DNA from: Alphaproteobacteria bacterium
Lineage (GTDB): Bacteria > Pseudomonadota > Alphaproteobacteria > SP197
Direction of reading: 5' to 3'
NCBI GenBank assembly: GCA_965116515.1
Contig: OZ220705.1
Span: 2,399,565-2,463,564 of the forward strand
DNA length: 64,000 bases
Shown here piece by piece: positions 19,978-28,890 of the stretch. Position 1 is the first letter of the stretch. The number at the start of each line of letters is the position of its first letter. The notes under the pieces are model-generated. The model ran no database searches and was not told the DNA's origin. It worked only from the letters and a program-made list of their open reading frames with translations. The translations under genes were made by a program, and so were the position numbers.

Positions 19978-22413
19978 ATGAAATCCCATGCACGTGTGGT
20001 CGTGATCGGCGGCGGTGTCGTCGGCGCCGCCACGCTCTATCACCTCGCAAGGAAAGGCTGGAGCGACGTCGTGCTCGTCGAGCGCCGTGAACTGACCTCC
20101 GGTTCGACCTGGCATGCCGCGGGCCTGCTACCGCTCTTCAACATGAGCTACTCGGTGGGTCAGGTGCACAAGTACTCGGTCCGCTTCTACCAGGAGCTGC
20201 AGGAAGAGACCGGGATGGATGTCGGTTTTCGCAAGGTTTCCAACATCCGCCTCGCCATGAACCGGGACCGCATGGACGAGTACCACCAGTATGCCGGTGT
20301 TGCCGAGACCATCGGTGTCGAGGTGAAGTTCCTGTCGCCCGCAGAGGTCGGGGAGATCTGGCCACTGTGCAACACCGAAGGTCTTGTCGGCGCCATCCAG
20401 CATCCGGAGGACGGTTACATCCAGCCGGCCGACCTTACCCAGGCGCTGGCGACCGGAGCACGCAACCGTGGCGCCGATATCCATCGCAACTGTGCCGTGA
20501 CGGCCCTGGAACGGAACCGGTCAGGCGAATGGTGTGTCACCACGGACCAGGGGTCCATCACCTGCGAACACGTGGTCAGTGCCTCGGGCAGTTTCGCCCG
20601 CCAGGTCGGCGCCATGGCCGGTCTCGAGGTGCCGGTCATTCCGGTTGAGCACCAGTACATCGTCACCGAGCCCCATGCGACTCTCCAGCAACGCCAGGCC
20701 GGCGGCCTGCCTGAACTGGGCGTGCTGCGGGAATCGGATGGTTCCTGGTATATGCGCGAGGAGAGGGCGGGGTTCATTCTCGGACCTTACGAGGTCGGGG
20801 CTCCGGCGTGCTATGTCGACGGTCCGGCCGACGACATGGAGTACGAGCTCTTCCAGGAGGACCTTGACCGCCTGGCGCCGCACATCGAATCGGCGATCAA
20901 CCGGGTGCCGGCCTTCGGCGAGGTCGGTGTCAAGCAGGTCTACAACGGGGCCATCTGCTACACGCCCGACGGCTCACCGATCATCGGGCCGGCATGGGGC
21001 GTCGAGAACTTCTGGCTCAACGAGGGCCACAGCTTCGGTATCACTGCCGCTGGGGGAGCAGGCTGGCAACTCGCCGAGTGGATCGTCGACGGCGAGCCCA
21101 CCATCGACATGCTGGGCGTCGACCCACGCCGCTTTGGCGATTACGCCACGCAGTCCTACCTGGTGGCGAAGAACGAGGAAGCCTACGCCAATGTATTCAC
21201 TATCCACTATCCGGACGAGGAAAGGTCGGCAGCGCGCCCGCTGCGACAGGCGCCCTGTTATGACCGTCTGAAGGAGATGGGCGCCGTGTTCGGCCAGAAG
21301 TTCGGCTGGGAACGGGCCAACTGGTTTGCTCCGTCCGGCATGGCGCAGGAGGACCATTGGTCGTTCCGTCGCTCGCGCTGGTTCGAACCGGTCGGCAACG
21401 AGGTGGAGAATGTCCACAACAATGTCGGCATCCTTGACATGACGGCGTTCGCCAAGTGCCGGATCGACGGCCCGGGGGCAGAAGAGTTCCTTGAGGGCAT
21501 GATTGCCAACCGGTTGCCGCGGAGCATTGGCAGGGTGGGTCTCGTCCACGCGCTCACTGAGCGCGGCGGTGTCCACTCCGAGTTCACGGTGTTCCGGGAG
21601 TCACAGGAGAGCTTCTACGTCGTTTCCGCCGGCGCCCTGCAGCGCCTTGATCACGACTGGCTCACCAGGCACATGCCGTCCGACGGCTCCGTCACCATCA
21701 CCAACATCACAAACCAGATGGGCGTCCTGGTGATTGCCGGCCCGCGTGCGCGGGACCTGCTCTCGGGCCTGACCCGCGACGATCTCTCGAATGAGAGCTT
21801 TCGCTGGCTCTCCGGGCGCTGGATCGATGTCGGACTGGCGCCGGCCCTCGCCCTGCGCATGAACTTCGTCGGTGAACTGGGATGGGAACTGCATCACCCG
21901 ATCGAATACCAGAACCACATCTTCGATGCCCTCATGACCGCGGGCTCCGACCTCGGCCTGAGGCCCTTCGGCATCCGGGCCATGGAGGCGATGCGGATCG
22001 AGAAGTCGTACCGCATGGTGGGTCAGGAACTTTCCATCGAATATGCGGCCCTTGAAAGCGGCCTTGATCGTTTCGTGCGTCTCGACAAGAACGATTTCAA
22101 GGGACGCGCAAGCCTGGTGGCATGGCAGGACCGCGGATTTGCCAACCGTTTCGTCACCATGGTGGTGCACGATGTCGACGATGCCGACGCCCTCGGCAAC
22201 AATCCGATTCGCCGCGATGGCGAACTGGTTGGCCGGGCCACATCGGGCGGTTACGGATTCCGGCTGGGCCAGTCTCTGGCACTGGCCATGGTGCGTCCCG
22301 ACGCTGGTGAGCCGGGAACCGAACTGACCATCGACATCCTCGGCCGCACCTTCCAGGCCACCGTCTGCCAGGAATCTCCCTTCGATCCGGGCAACGAGCG
22401 TCTGCGGGCCTGA
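19978..22413 (+). CDS. Dimethylglycine/sarcosine dehydrogenase-like flavoprotein (FAD-dependent oxidoreductase fused to a GcvT aminomethyltransferase-like folate domain).
   Basis: N-terminal GGGVVG dinucleotide motif (DAO domain) plus C-terminal GcvT domains; 811 aa, typical DMGDH size. RBS AAGAGGA. Confidence 0.9.
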   Translation: MKSHARVVVIGGGVVGAATLYHLARKGWSDVVLVERRELTSGSTWHAAGLLPLFNMSYSVGQVHKYSVRFYQELQEETGMDVGFRKVSNIRLAMNRDRMDEYHQYAGVAETIGVEVKFLSPAEVGEIWPLCNTEGLVGAIQHPEDGYIQPADLTQALATGARNRGADIHRNCAVTALERNRSGEWCVTTDQGSITCEHVVSASGSFARQVGAMAGLEVPVIPVEHQYIVTEPHATLQQRQAGGLPELGVLRESDGSWYMREERAGFILGPYEVGAPACYVDGPADDMEYELFQEDLDRLAPHIESAINRVPAFGEVGVKQVYNGAICYTPDGSPIIGPAWGVENFWLNEGHSFGITAAGGAGWQLAEWIVDGEPTIDMLGVDPRRFGDYATQSYLVAKNEEAYANVFTIHYPDEERSAARPLRQAPCYDRLKEMGAVFGQKFGWERANWFAPSGMAQEDHWSFRRSRWFEPVGNEVENVHNNVGILDMTAFAKCRIDGPGAEEFLEGMIANRLPRSIGRVGLVHALTERGGVHSEFTVFRESQESFYVVSAGALQRLDHDWLTRHMPSDGSVTITNITNQMGVLVIAGPRARDLLSGLTRDDLSNESFRWLSGRWIDVGLAPALALRMNFVGELGWELHHPIEYQNHIFDALMTAGSDLGLRPFGIRAMEAMRIEKSYRMVGQELSIEYAALESGLDRFVRLDKNDFKGRASLVAWQDRGFANRFVTMVVHDVDDADALGNNPIRRDGELVGRATSGGYGFRLGQSLALAMVRPDAGEPGTELTIDILGRTFQATVCQESPFDPGNERLRA

Positions 22414-22431
22414 GACGCCCCGCCGCCGCAT

Positions 22432-23262
22432 TCAGAGGGCCGCCACGACCTCGCTTCGCTGTTCACCCAGACCGTCTATGGCCAGGCGCAGGTGGTCGCC
22501 GGGCTGCAGGTAGACCGGTGGCCGGCGTCCTTGGCCGACGCCGGCGGGCGTTCCGGTCAACATGACATCGCCGGGTTCGAGGGACATGAAGCGGCTCACG
22601 AAGTGCACCAGGTGGGCCACGGGAAAGAGCATGTCGGCGGTTGTGCCGTCCTGCATCCGCTTGCCGTTCACGTCGAGTGTCAGGCGCAGGTCCTGCGGGT
22701 CGGCGATCTCGTCGGCGGTGACCAGCCAGGGCCCAAGAGGACACCAGGTGTCGCCGGACTTGCCGAGAACCCACTGGCCACTCCCCTTGGCCTGGAACTT
22801 GCGTTCCGAAACATCGTTCGCAATGCAGTATCCGGCGATGTGATCGAGCGCTGCGGCTTCGGAGACCTCATGACAATGTCTGCCGATGACGACGGCCAGT
22901 TCCACCTCCCAGTCACAGTGGTGGCTGTTGCGCAACATGCGGATCGGATCGTCGGGACCGTTCAGTGACGTCGTCGGCTTGAAGAAGACAATGGGTTCCA
23001 CGGGCCTCTCAAGTCCGGCCTCGGCGGCATGGTCCGCATAGTTGAGGCCGATGCAGACAATCTTGCCGATGCCGCTCACGGGCACACCGAACCGCACATT
23101 CTCATCCACGACGGGCAGGGAACTGCTGTCGATGTCATGCAGCCCGGCCAGTGCCGCGGCATCGAGAGAATCGAGGCGACCGGAGAGGTCCCTGAGCCTG
23201 CTCTCCCTGTCGATCAGTCCAGGCCGTTCCCGGCCCGGATCACCGAAACGCACAAGTTTCAT
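22432..23262 (-). CDS. Fumarylacetoacetate hydrolase (FAH) family protein.
   Basis: FAH-fold motifs (GLNYADH, metal-binding E/E/D pattern). Start set at MKLVRFG (ATG 23262). Confidence 0.8.
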   Translation of the reverse strand: MKLVRFGDPGRERPGLIDRESRLRDLSGRLDSLDAAALAGLHDIDSSSLPVVDENVRFGVPVSGIGKIVCIGLNYADHAAEAGLERPVEPIVFFKPTTSLNGPDDPIRMLRNSHHCDWEVELAVVIGRHCHEVSEAAALDHIAGYCIANDVSERKFQAKGSGQWVLGKSGDTWCPLGPWLVTADEIADPQDLRLTLDVNGKRMQDGTTADMLFPVAHLVHFVSRFMSLEPGDVMLTGTPAGVGQGRRPPVYLQPGDHLRLAIDGLGEQRSEVVAAL

Positions 23263-23545
23263 GGATCGTGTCCCGTTTGGAAGTACGGGGTCAGGATAGG
23301 ATCGAATGACGCTTCGACCAACGTGATTGTTGTCGGGCAGACCCATTCGGATGAGGAGTTTGACGTCAATGAAGTTCCGACGTCGGACGGAACATTCCGG
23401 TGGCGGCGTTCCGACGCCGCGGTGCACCCTTGCCGTAGAGCTTGAGCAACACCTGGATATCCCGCGCCGAAGGCATGCATTCTGTCGTCATGTCGCCTTG
23501 CGTTGGCGGAATCCGTCCCTGCGATGACAGGCTCCGGGTTGATGT

Positions 23546-24544
23546 TCAGGCCCGATCGCCGACGCCTTCCCGTACCCGACGCGCTTTTCCAAGTCCGATC
23601 ACATGAGGGGCCGCAATCGTCTCGTTGTCCGGGAGCGGCTCCTGGCCCGTTGCCTTGGCCTGTTGGTCAACACTCTTGAGCTTGCGCAGCGTGTCGCTGC
23701 CGGCAACGGCTCGCACATCCCCGCCATAGTAGTCGAACCAGGGCATGCCGTGCGCGGCGTATTCCTGTGCCGTCGGAGGTTGTGTTGGCGGCCGCTCTCC
23801 GGTTACCGCCATCCATTGGACGGAGTTGAGCAGCGAGACGAAACAGCGGCTGGCGTGCCGCTGGTCCCAGGCATCGAGCCCGTAGGGATCGTCGTAGATC
23901 TCCTGTTCCATCCGACCGCCTGGTGCAAGGCCCATGCCCATGGACATCTGCACCATGGGTTCCGCCGAAAACAGCACGTCCTCTCGCAACGCGCCCCAGT
24001 TCGATCGGACCGCCTCGTAGCGCTCGGCCTTCATGGGGTAGGCCAACAGCTGAACCCCGCCGTGGACCGCGGCCCCGGTGAGCTGCTCTTCGACCGTGTA
24101 GCCTTCGCCGAGCGGCATGGCAACGAACTGACGGATGACACCTTCCTCCACGCAATAGCCATCGAGCCAGGGCTGCTCGGGCAGCACCGCGTAGTCCTGC
24201 GGGTCGCGGTTCAGCCGTTCGACCCAGGAATCGCCCGTGATCGCGCAGATCTTGCCGGTCGCCACCTTCACGGCGAAGGGATAGTCCGAGTGGAAGTTGA
24301 CCCACATCGCCTCGGCCTGGTGCATCGGCGCGATCACGCCGCCTCGCTCACGCCATGCTTCCGGCAGCCGTGCGGCGTAGTCATCCAGATGCCGGAGCGG
24401 AAACGAGCCCAGGCCCGGCGGCAGCGGATAGTCGTGGCCGTCGTCCGGAATGCGCAGGGTGCGCTGGAACTCGATGGCGCAGCACGCCTCCGCGTGGACC
24501 TCCGGAAAGCTGAATTCCAGGCGGTTGTCTTCAAGCACGATCAT
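23546..24544 (-). CDS. Hypothetical protein (332 aa), no recognisable family. Likely co-transcribed with the upstream XRE regulator.
   Basis: RBS GAGGAG 8 nt before the ATG. This RBS lies inside the last codons of the XRE gene, with a 12-bp gap between the two genes. Confidence 0.6.
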   Translation of the reverse strand: MIVLEDNRLEFSFPEVHAEACCAIEFQRTLRIPDDGHDYPLPPGLGSFPLRHLDDYAARLPEAWRERGGVIAPMHQAEAMWVNFHSDYPFAVKVATGKICAITGDSWVERLNRDPQDYAVLPEQPWLDGYCVEEGVIRQFVAMPLGEGYTVEEQLTGAAVHGGVQLLAYPMKAERYEAVRSNWGALREDVLFSAEPMVQMSMGMGLAPGGRMEQEIYDDPYGLDAWDQRHASRCFVSLLNSVQWMAVTGERPPTQPPTAQEYAAHGMPWFDYYGGDVRAVAGSDTLRKLKSVDQQAKATGQEPLPDNETIAAPHVIGLGKARRVREGVGDRA

Positions 24545-24556
24545 GGGGGTTTCTCC

Positions 24557-24910
24557 TCACCATTTGCCGTCTCGCACCTCGCGCACCACCCGTAGCACCG
24601 CCTCGTCGGGCGCTTCCTTCAACTGACGGATCAGGTCGGCGAACAGGCGTGGACGTTTGCGGATGATGGTCTGCAGGTCGCCGGACACCTTGCCGGCCAG
24701 CGCCAGCATGATGTCCGGATCCTCGCCGAGCTCCTTCGCAAGCCTGACCGCCGTCGCCTCCGACGGCGGTGCCACCTCACCACGCTCGATCTTGCTCAGG
24801 TACGCCGGCTCGATGCCGACCCGCCCGGCCACCTGGCGCACCGAATAACGCCGGTCGTCCTCACGCAGGCGTTCGCGGATGTCGCGGATGGTTTGTCCGA
24901 ATTGCGTCAT
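24557..24910 (-). CDS. XRE-family helix-turn-helix transcriptional regulator (118 aa).
   Basis: HTH_3 pattern (SVRQVAGRVGIEPAYLSKIERGE). Start chosen at ATG 24910, which has no RBS and sits immediately after a consensus promoter (leaderless). Confidence 0.75.
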   Translation of the reverse strand: MTQFGQTIRDIRERLREDDRRYSVRQVAGRVGIEPAYLSKIERGEVAPPSEATAVRLAKELGEDPDIMLALAGKVSGDLQTIIRKRPRLFADLIRQLKEAPDEAVLRVVREVRDGKW

Positions 24911-24916
24911 GTGTCG

Positions 24917-24945
24917 TATATAGTACACGTTATGAGAACTGTCAA
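24917..24945 (-). promoter_or_regulatory. Sigma70-like promoter for the XRE gene: TTGACA, a 17-nt spacer, TATATA, then 6 nt to the ATG (leaderless transcript).
   Basis: Read directly on the minus strand: aacTTGACAgttctcataacgtgtacTATATAcgacacATG. This is the only AT-rich patch in the region. Confidence 0.45.
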
Positions 24946-25427
24946 GTTCCCGGACCAGGCGGATGCAATCGGGAGAGGCCCTGCGGATCCACCCGCCTGT
25001 GCTTGCTGCCTTCCCGGCGGTTCCCGGTTTCGTCACGTCCGAAATCCCGGAGGGGCACACGCGGCCGAAGTGAACTGCGCCCGGGTCGAGGGATCGTTCC
25101 CGTGACTATCAACATCACGCAAGACGACCGCTGCGCCCTTCAGGCGCTCGCCGTCGGTGATGGCAGGTCACGGCCGAGCATCTTCGACCGCGGTTCCTAT
25201 TCCACGTCCGAGACCAGAAGATAGCCGCGGTTTTCGACGGTATCGAATGTCCGCATGGCCGCGATCAGGTCGTCGGACCTGACCCACACCCAGGGCGCAC
25301 CTGCGGTGCTGAACCAAAAGTGTAACACATTGAAACAAAACACGTTCTCTCTCAAGCACTTTCGCCGGGGAAATGGATTCACCTCGTTTCCACTTCCCCC
25401 GGTGCAACAGTAACCGAGGAGAATGCC

Positions 25428-26564
25428 ATGGCGAAGAGCCGTCTTACGCAACGGCGGGTCGATGATCTGACACCGAGAAAGAAGCCCCTGGACGTGCGCG
25501 ATTCCGCCATCCGGGGATTTGGCATCCGTGTCCTGCCGTCAGGCCGCAAGTCTTTTTTCCTCCACAGTCAGGTCGACGGCAAGAGGGTCTGGCAATTGAT
25601 AGGCGATGCTCGCGCCATGACCCTGGAGTACGCCCGGGAACAGGCAACATCCCTACTGGCTTCACGGTGCCGGAGTGATGAAGTATCGCCTGCCGCTACC
25701 GCATCCATACTGTTCGAGGATGTCGCGGATGAGGTCTTCCGCCGTTACAAGCGGCGCTGGAAACCACGGACACTGGAAGTCAACCTCGGCTATTACAGGA
25801 ACCAGATCCTGCCGTGGTTCAAGGGTTACGCCATAGGGGACATCACGCAACACGACATTCGGCGATGGTTTGCTTCGCTCCATGCGACCCCCGTAGCTGC
25901 GGACCGATCGGCGCCGGTTCTCTCCGTGATCCTTCGACAGGCCGAGGTCTACGGATATCGCTCCGAGGGCTCCAATCCTTGCACCGGCATCAAGCGCTAT
26001 CGCCGGCGCAATCGAGAGAAGTTCCTCAACGACGACGAGATTCGGCGGTTGAGCCGCGTTCTCGACAAGAAGGTTGCGAAGCATCCTGTGTTGACCGCGA
26101 TCGTGCGATTGCTTCTCCTGACGGGATGCAGGAAATCGGAAATCCTCAACCTCCGGTGGTCGGACTACCGAGAGGGCAGGCTTTACCTGTGCGACGGCAA
26201 GACGGGGCCGCGCACGGTATGGCTGTCATCGCCCGCGCGCCGGATTCTTGATGGGCTGCCCCGAAGAGGTCACTGGATGTTCCCGTCTCCTCGTGGGGAA
26301 TCCCATCTTTCGAAGGCAACGCTCTACCAATTCTGGCGCGACGTGCGTGCCGAGGCGGGCATGGTCGATGTCCGTTGCCACGATCTGAGGCACACCTACG
26401 CCTCGGTGGCATTGGCCCATGGCGAGACAATTCTCACCATCGGCAGGCTCCTTGGCCACAATGATCCGGCGACTACGCTGAAGTACACGCATCTTGCCGA
26501 CGCTTCGGTCCACGAGGCAGCGGAGGCTCTTGTTCCAATCCTTGGCGGGGAGGGGTGGCCATGA
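25428..26564 (+). CDS. Tyrosine-type site-specific integrase (P4-like, with an N-terminal arm-binding DUF4102-like domain).
   Basis: Catalytic box R...HDLRHTYAS...LGH...Y near the C-terminus; RBS GAGGAG. Confidence 0.9.
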   Translation: MAKSRLTQRRVDDLTPRKKPLDVRDSAIRGFGIRVLPSGRKSFFLHSQVDGKRVWQLIGDARAMTLEYAREQATSLLASRCRSDEVSPAATASILFEDVADEVFRRYKRRWKPRTLEVNLGYYRNQILPWFKGYAIGDITQHDIRRWFASLHATPVAADRSAPVLSVILRQAEVYGYRSEGSNPCTGIKRYRRRNREKFLNDDEIRRLSRVLDKKVAKHPVLTAIVRLLLLTGCRKSEILNLRWSDYREGRLYLCDGKTGPRTVWLSSPARRILDGLPRRGHWMFPSPRGESHLSKATLYQFWRDVRAEAGMVDVRCHDLRHTYASVALAHGETILTIGRLLGHNDPATTLKYTHLADASVHEAAEALVPILGGEGWP

Positions 26565-27709
26565 CGCGGAAGATGCGTTTGAGCGATCGCACTGTTGCCC
26601 GGCTCGGTGCGGCGTCGATCGAATACACGGTGTGGGACATGCGGATCACGGGTCTCGGTGTCAGGGTCCGGCCTTCCGGCCACCGGTCGTTCGTTGTGCT
26701 GGACGACCGTAAAGGCCCCTCGAAACGCCGGGCTCTCGGTCCCGTGACACACATGACCGTCGACGAAGCGCGGTCCCGGTGTCTCGCCATTCAGTCCAGC
26801 GACATGGACCTTCTCGACGACAAGCCCCCGGTTCCCGTGCCGCTCTTCCGCGACTTTGTCGCCAACGCCTGGCGATCCGAATGTTTCGATCGTCTCAAGC
26901 CATCCACTCAGCGTCGGACCCGCAGTGCACTCAGAAATCATCTGTTGCCGGCCTTCGGTGACATGCCGCTCGACCGGATCGGACGAAGGGAGGTGATGGC
27001 GTGGTTCGATACCTACAGTGGAGTGGCGCCAGGCGGCGCCAACCGGGTTCTCGATGCGCTGCGCCAGATTCTCAGTTACGCGGTGGCTTACGGTCACATC
27101 AAGACCAATCCGGCAAGCGGATTGCGTCGGAACCCGAAACGCAAGTTCAACCGGTTCCTGTCCCGGGACGAGGCCCGCCGCCTGCATGCCGAACTGGACC
27201 AATTGGTTGCCGAACGGCCAGCGCGGACGGCACAGGCCGACATCATCCGCCTGCTCTACTGCACGGGATGCCGCTGCAGCGAGATCCGGACACTCAGGTG
27301 GTGCGAGGTCGGCACGGCCACCCTTGATCTTGAGGACAGCAAGACGGGCCCGCGGAAGGTCTACCTGAACAGCGAGGCCCGGCGGATCATCGAACGCCAG
27401 CCCCGGACTGGCAGCGACTACGTCTTTCCGTCCTCATCCGATCCGACCCTGCCCGTATCGGAATCCATGCAACTCTGGTTCACCCTCCGCAAGCGGGCCG
27501 GCATCGATGATGTTCGTCTCCATGATTTGCGTCACAACTATGCCTCGCAAGCTGTTCTGAACGGTGTTCCGCTTCCGACCGTGGCGCGGCTGCTTGGTCA
27601 CCAGCAGGTTTCGATGACCCTACGCTATGCGCATGTTGCCGACCGGGAAGTCGAGGCTGCAGCCGAACGGATCGGAGGTGCAATCTCGGCAATCTGCCTG
27701 GGAGTCTGA
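26561..27709 (+). CDS. Second tyrosine-type integrase, a paralogue of the upstream one in tandem; overlaps its stop.
   Basis: HDLRHNYAS...LGHQ...Y motif. Same architecture as the first integrase but only about 35-40% identical. Confidence 0.9.
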   Translation: MTRKMRLSDRTVARLGAASIEYTVWDMRITGLGVRVRPSGHRSFVVLDDRKGPSKRRALGPVTHMTVDEARSRCLAIQSSDMDLLDDKPPVPVPLFRDFVANAWRSECFDRLKPSTQRRTRSALRNHLLPAFGDMPLDRIGRREVMAWFDTYSGVAPGGANRVLDALRQILSYAVAYGHIKTNPASGLRRNPKRKFNRFLSRDEARRLHAELDQLVAERPARTAQADIIRLLYCTGCRCSEIRTLRWCEVGTATLDLEDSKTGPRKVYLNSEARRIIERQPRTGSDYVFPSSSDPTLPVSESMQLWFTLRKRAGIDDVRLHDLRHNYASQAVLNGVPLPTVARLLGHQQVSMTLRYAHVADREVEAAAERIGGAISAICLGV

Positions 27710-27786
27710 CGGATTTGAGCAATGCGGTTCCCCTTGTATCATGGTGCCTCAAGATGCCATGTCCAAACGATCGGGGAGTGTGATTC

Positions 27787-28836
27787 ATGAGCGTACTGGC
27801 ACATGTCGTTCTTGAACAGGGCGAGCCCGCTGCAACGCAGGCCCTGGCCTACATACTCAACTCGCATCCGGAGATCGCACGGGCGTTCGTCGGACTGTTG
27901 CGAGATGCCAATATCGAGTTCGAGCCCGGGCGCGTCGAGGCCGAACAGGGCATTGAAGACGGCTGTCCGGACCTGACGATCCACGACAGCGGGGGTCGTG
28001 TGCGGATCTTCGTGGAAAACAAGTTCTGGGCCGGTCTGACCGACGCGCAACCGGTATCCTATCTCAGGGACCTGCCGGAGGATCCTCCCTCCGCTCTCAT
28101 CTTTGTCGTTCCCGAACAGAGAGTGTCCACGGTCTGGAACGAACTCGGCCGGCGATGCGGACAAGCGGAACTCGAATGGGAGGACACGTTCAGCTACGGC
28201 TCCGTGAAGAGTGCCCGGGTCGGCCGCAAGACCCTGTTGATCGCCAGCTGGAGGGTCATCCTGGAGAGACTGCGGGACACCGCCCGCTCGGCGGGACACG
28301 ACACCATCGAAAACGACATCCTGCAGTTGCAGGGGCTGACGGGCCGGATAGATTCAGAGGCGTTCCTGCCGCTCCGCGAGGAAGAGGGCACCGATCAGGA
28401 GACGGCGCGCCGCCTGGTCAACTACGTTGAATTGATCGAGGACATCATCAGCAAACTCGTAGACGCCGAAATCGCCGACATCGAGGGATTGCGAGAGGGC
28501 CAAACCTATCATTTCACCGGCCGTTACTTTCGCATCCACGCATACGACAAATTCGAATCAAGGCTCGGGATTGACCTCCTTGCGTGGCGTGACGAGGGCA
28601 TCTCCCCTTTGTGGTGGAGGTTCAGCCCAAAGACCGGAGTTGTCGGCGACCACTTCAAGGCAATCCCCGAACTCTTCAATGACGTGAGGCGTCGCCACGA
28701 CGGGCTGCATGTTCCCATCCGCCTCAAGACCGGCGTCGAAAAGGACAAGGTCATCGACGACGCCGTCGCGCAGATGAAACGAGTTGCGGACAAAGTGCTG
28801 AAGACAGTTCCACGCCAGAAGCCCGCGCTCCGCTGA
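27787..28836 (+). CDS. Hypothetical protein with an N-terminal PD-(D/E)xK nuclease-like motif (349 aa).
   Basis: Motif CPDLTIHDSGGRVRIFVENKFWAGLTDAQ (D...E-x-K spacing typical of the restriction-endonuclease fold). RBS GGGGAG; first gene after the integrases. Confidence 0.6.
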   Translation: MSVLAHVVLEQGEPAATQALAYILNSHPEIARAFVGLLRDANIEFEPGRVEAEQGIEDGCPDLTIHDSGGRVRIFVENKFWAGLTDAQPVSYLRDLPEDPPSALIFVVPEQRVSTVWNELGRRCGQAELEWEDTFSYGSVKSARVGRKTLLIASWRVILERLRDTARSAGHDTIENDILQLQGLTGRIDSEAFLPLREEEGTDQETARRLVNYVELIEDIISKLVDAEIADIEGLREGQTYHFTGRYFRIHAYDKFESRLGIDLLAWRDEGISPLWWRFSPKTGVVGDHFKAIPELFNDVRRRHDGLHVPIRLKTGVEKDKVIDDAVAQMKRVADKVLKTVPRQKPALR

Positions 28837-28890
28837 AAGGGCAAGACCGCCCGGTCCGCTTGCCGGGACCAGGCCGGACGAGCACGGGCA

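Noticed and set aside
25060-25427. Searched for a tRNA gene or att site next to the first integrase
   Set aside because: No cloverleaf-compatible segment or ...GGTTCGAATCC...CCA-like 3' end recognisable by eye; tRNAscan is needed before calling one.
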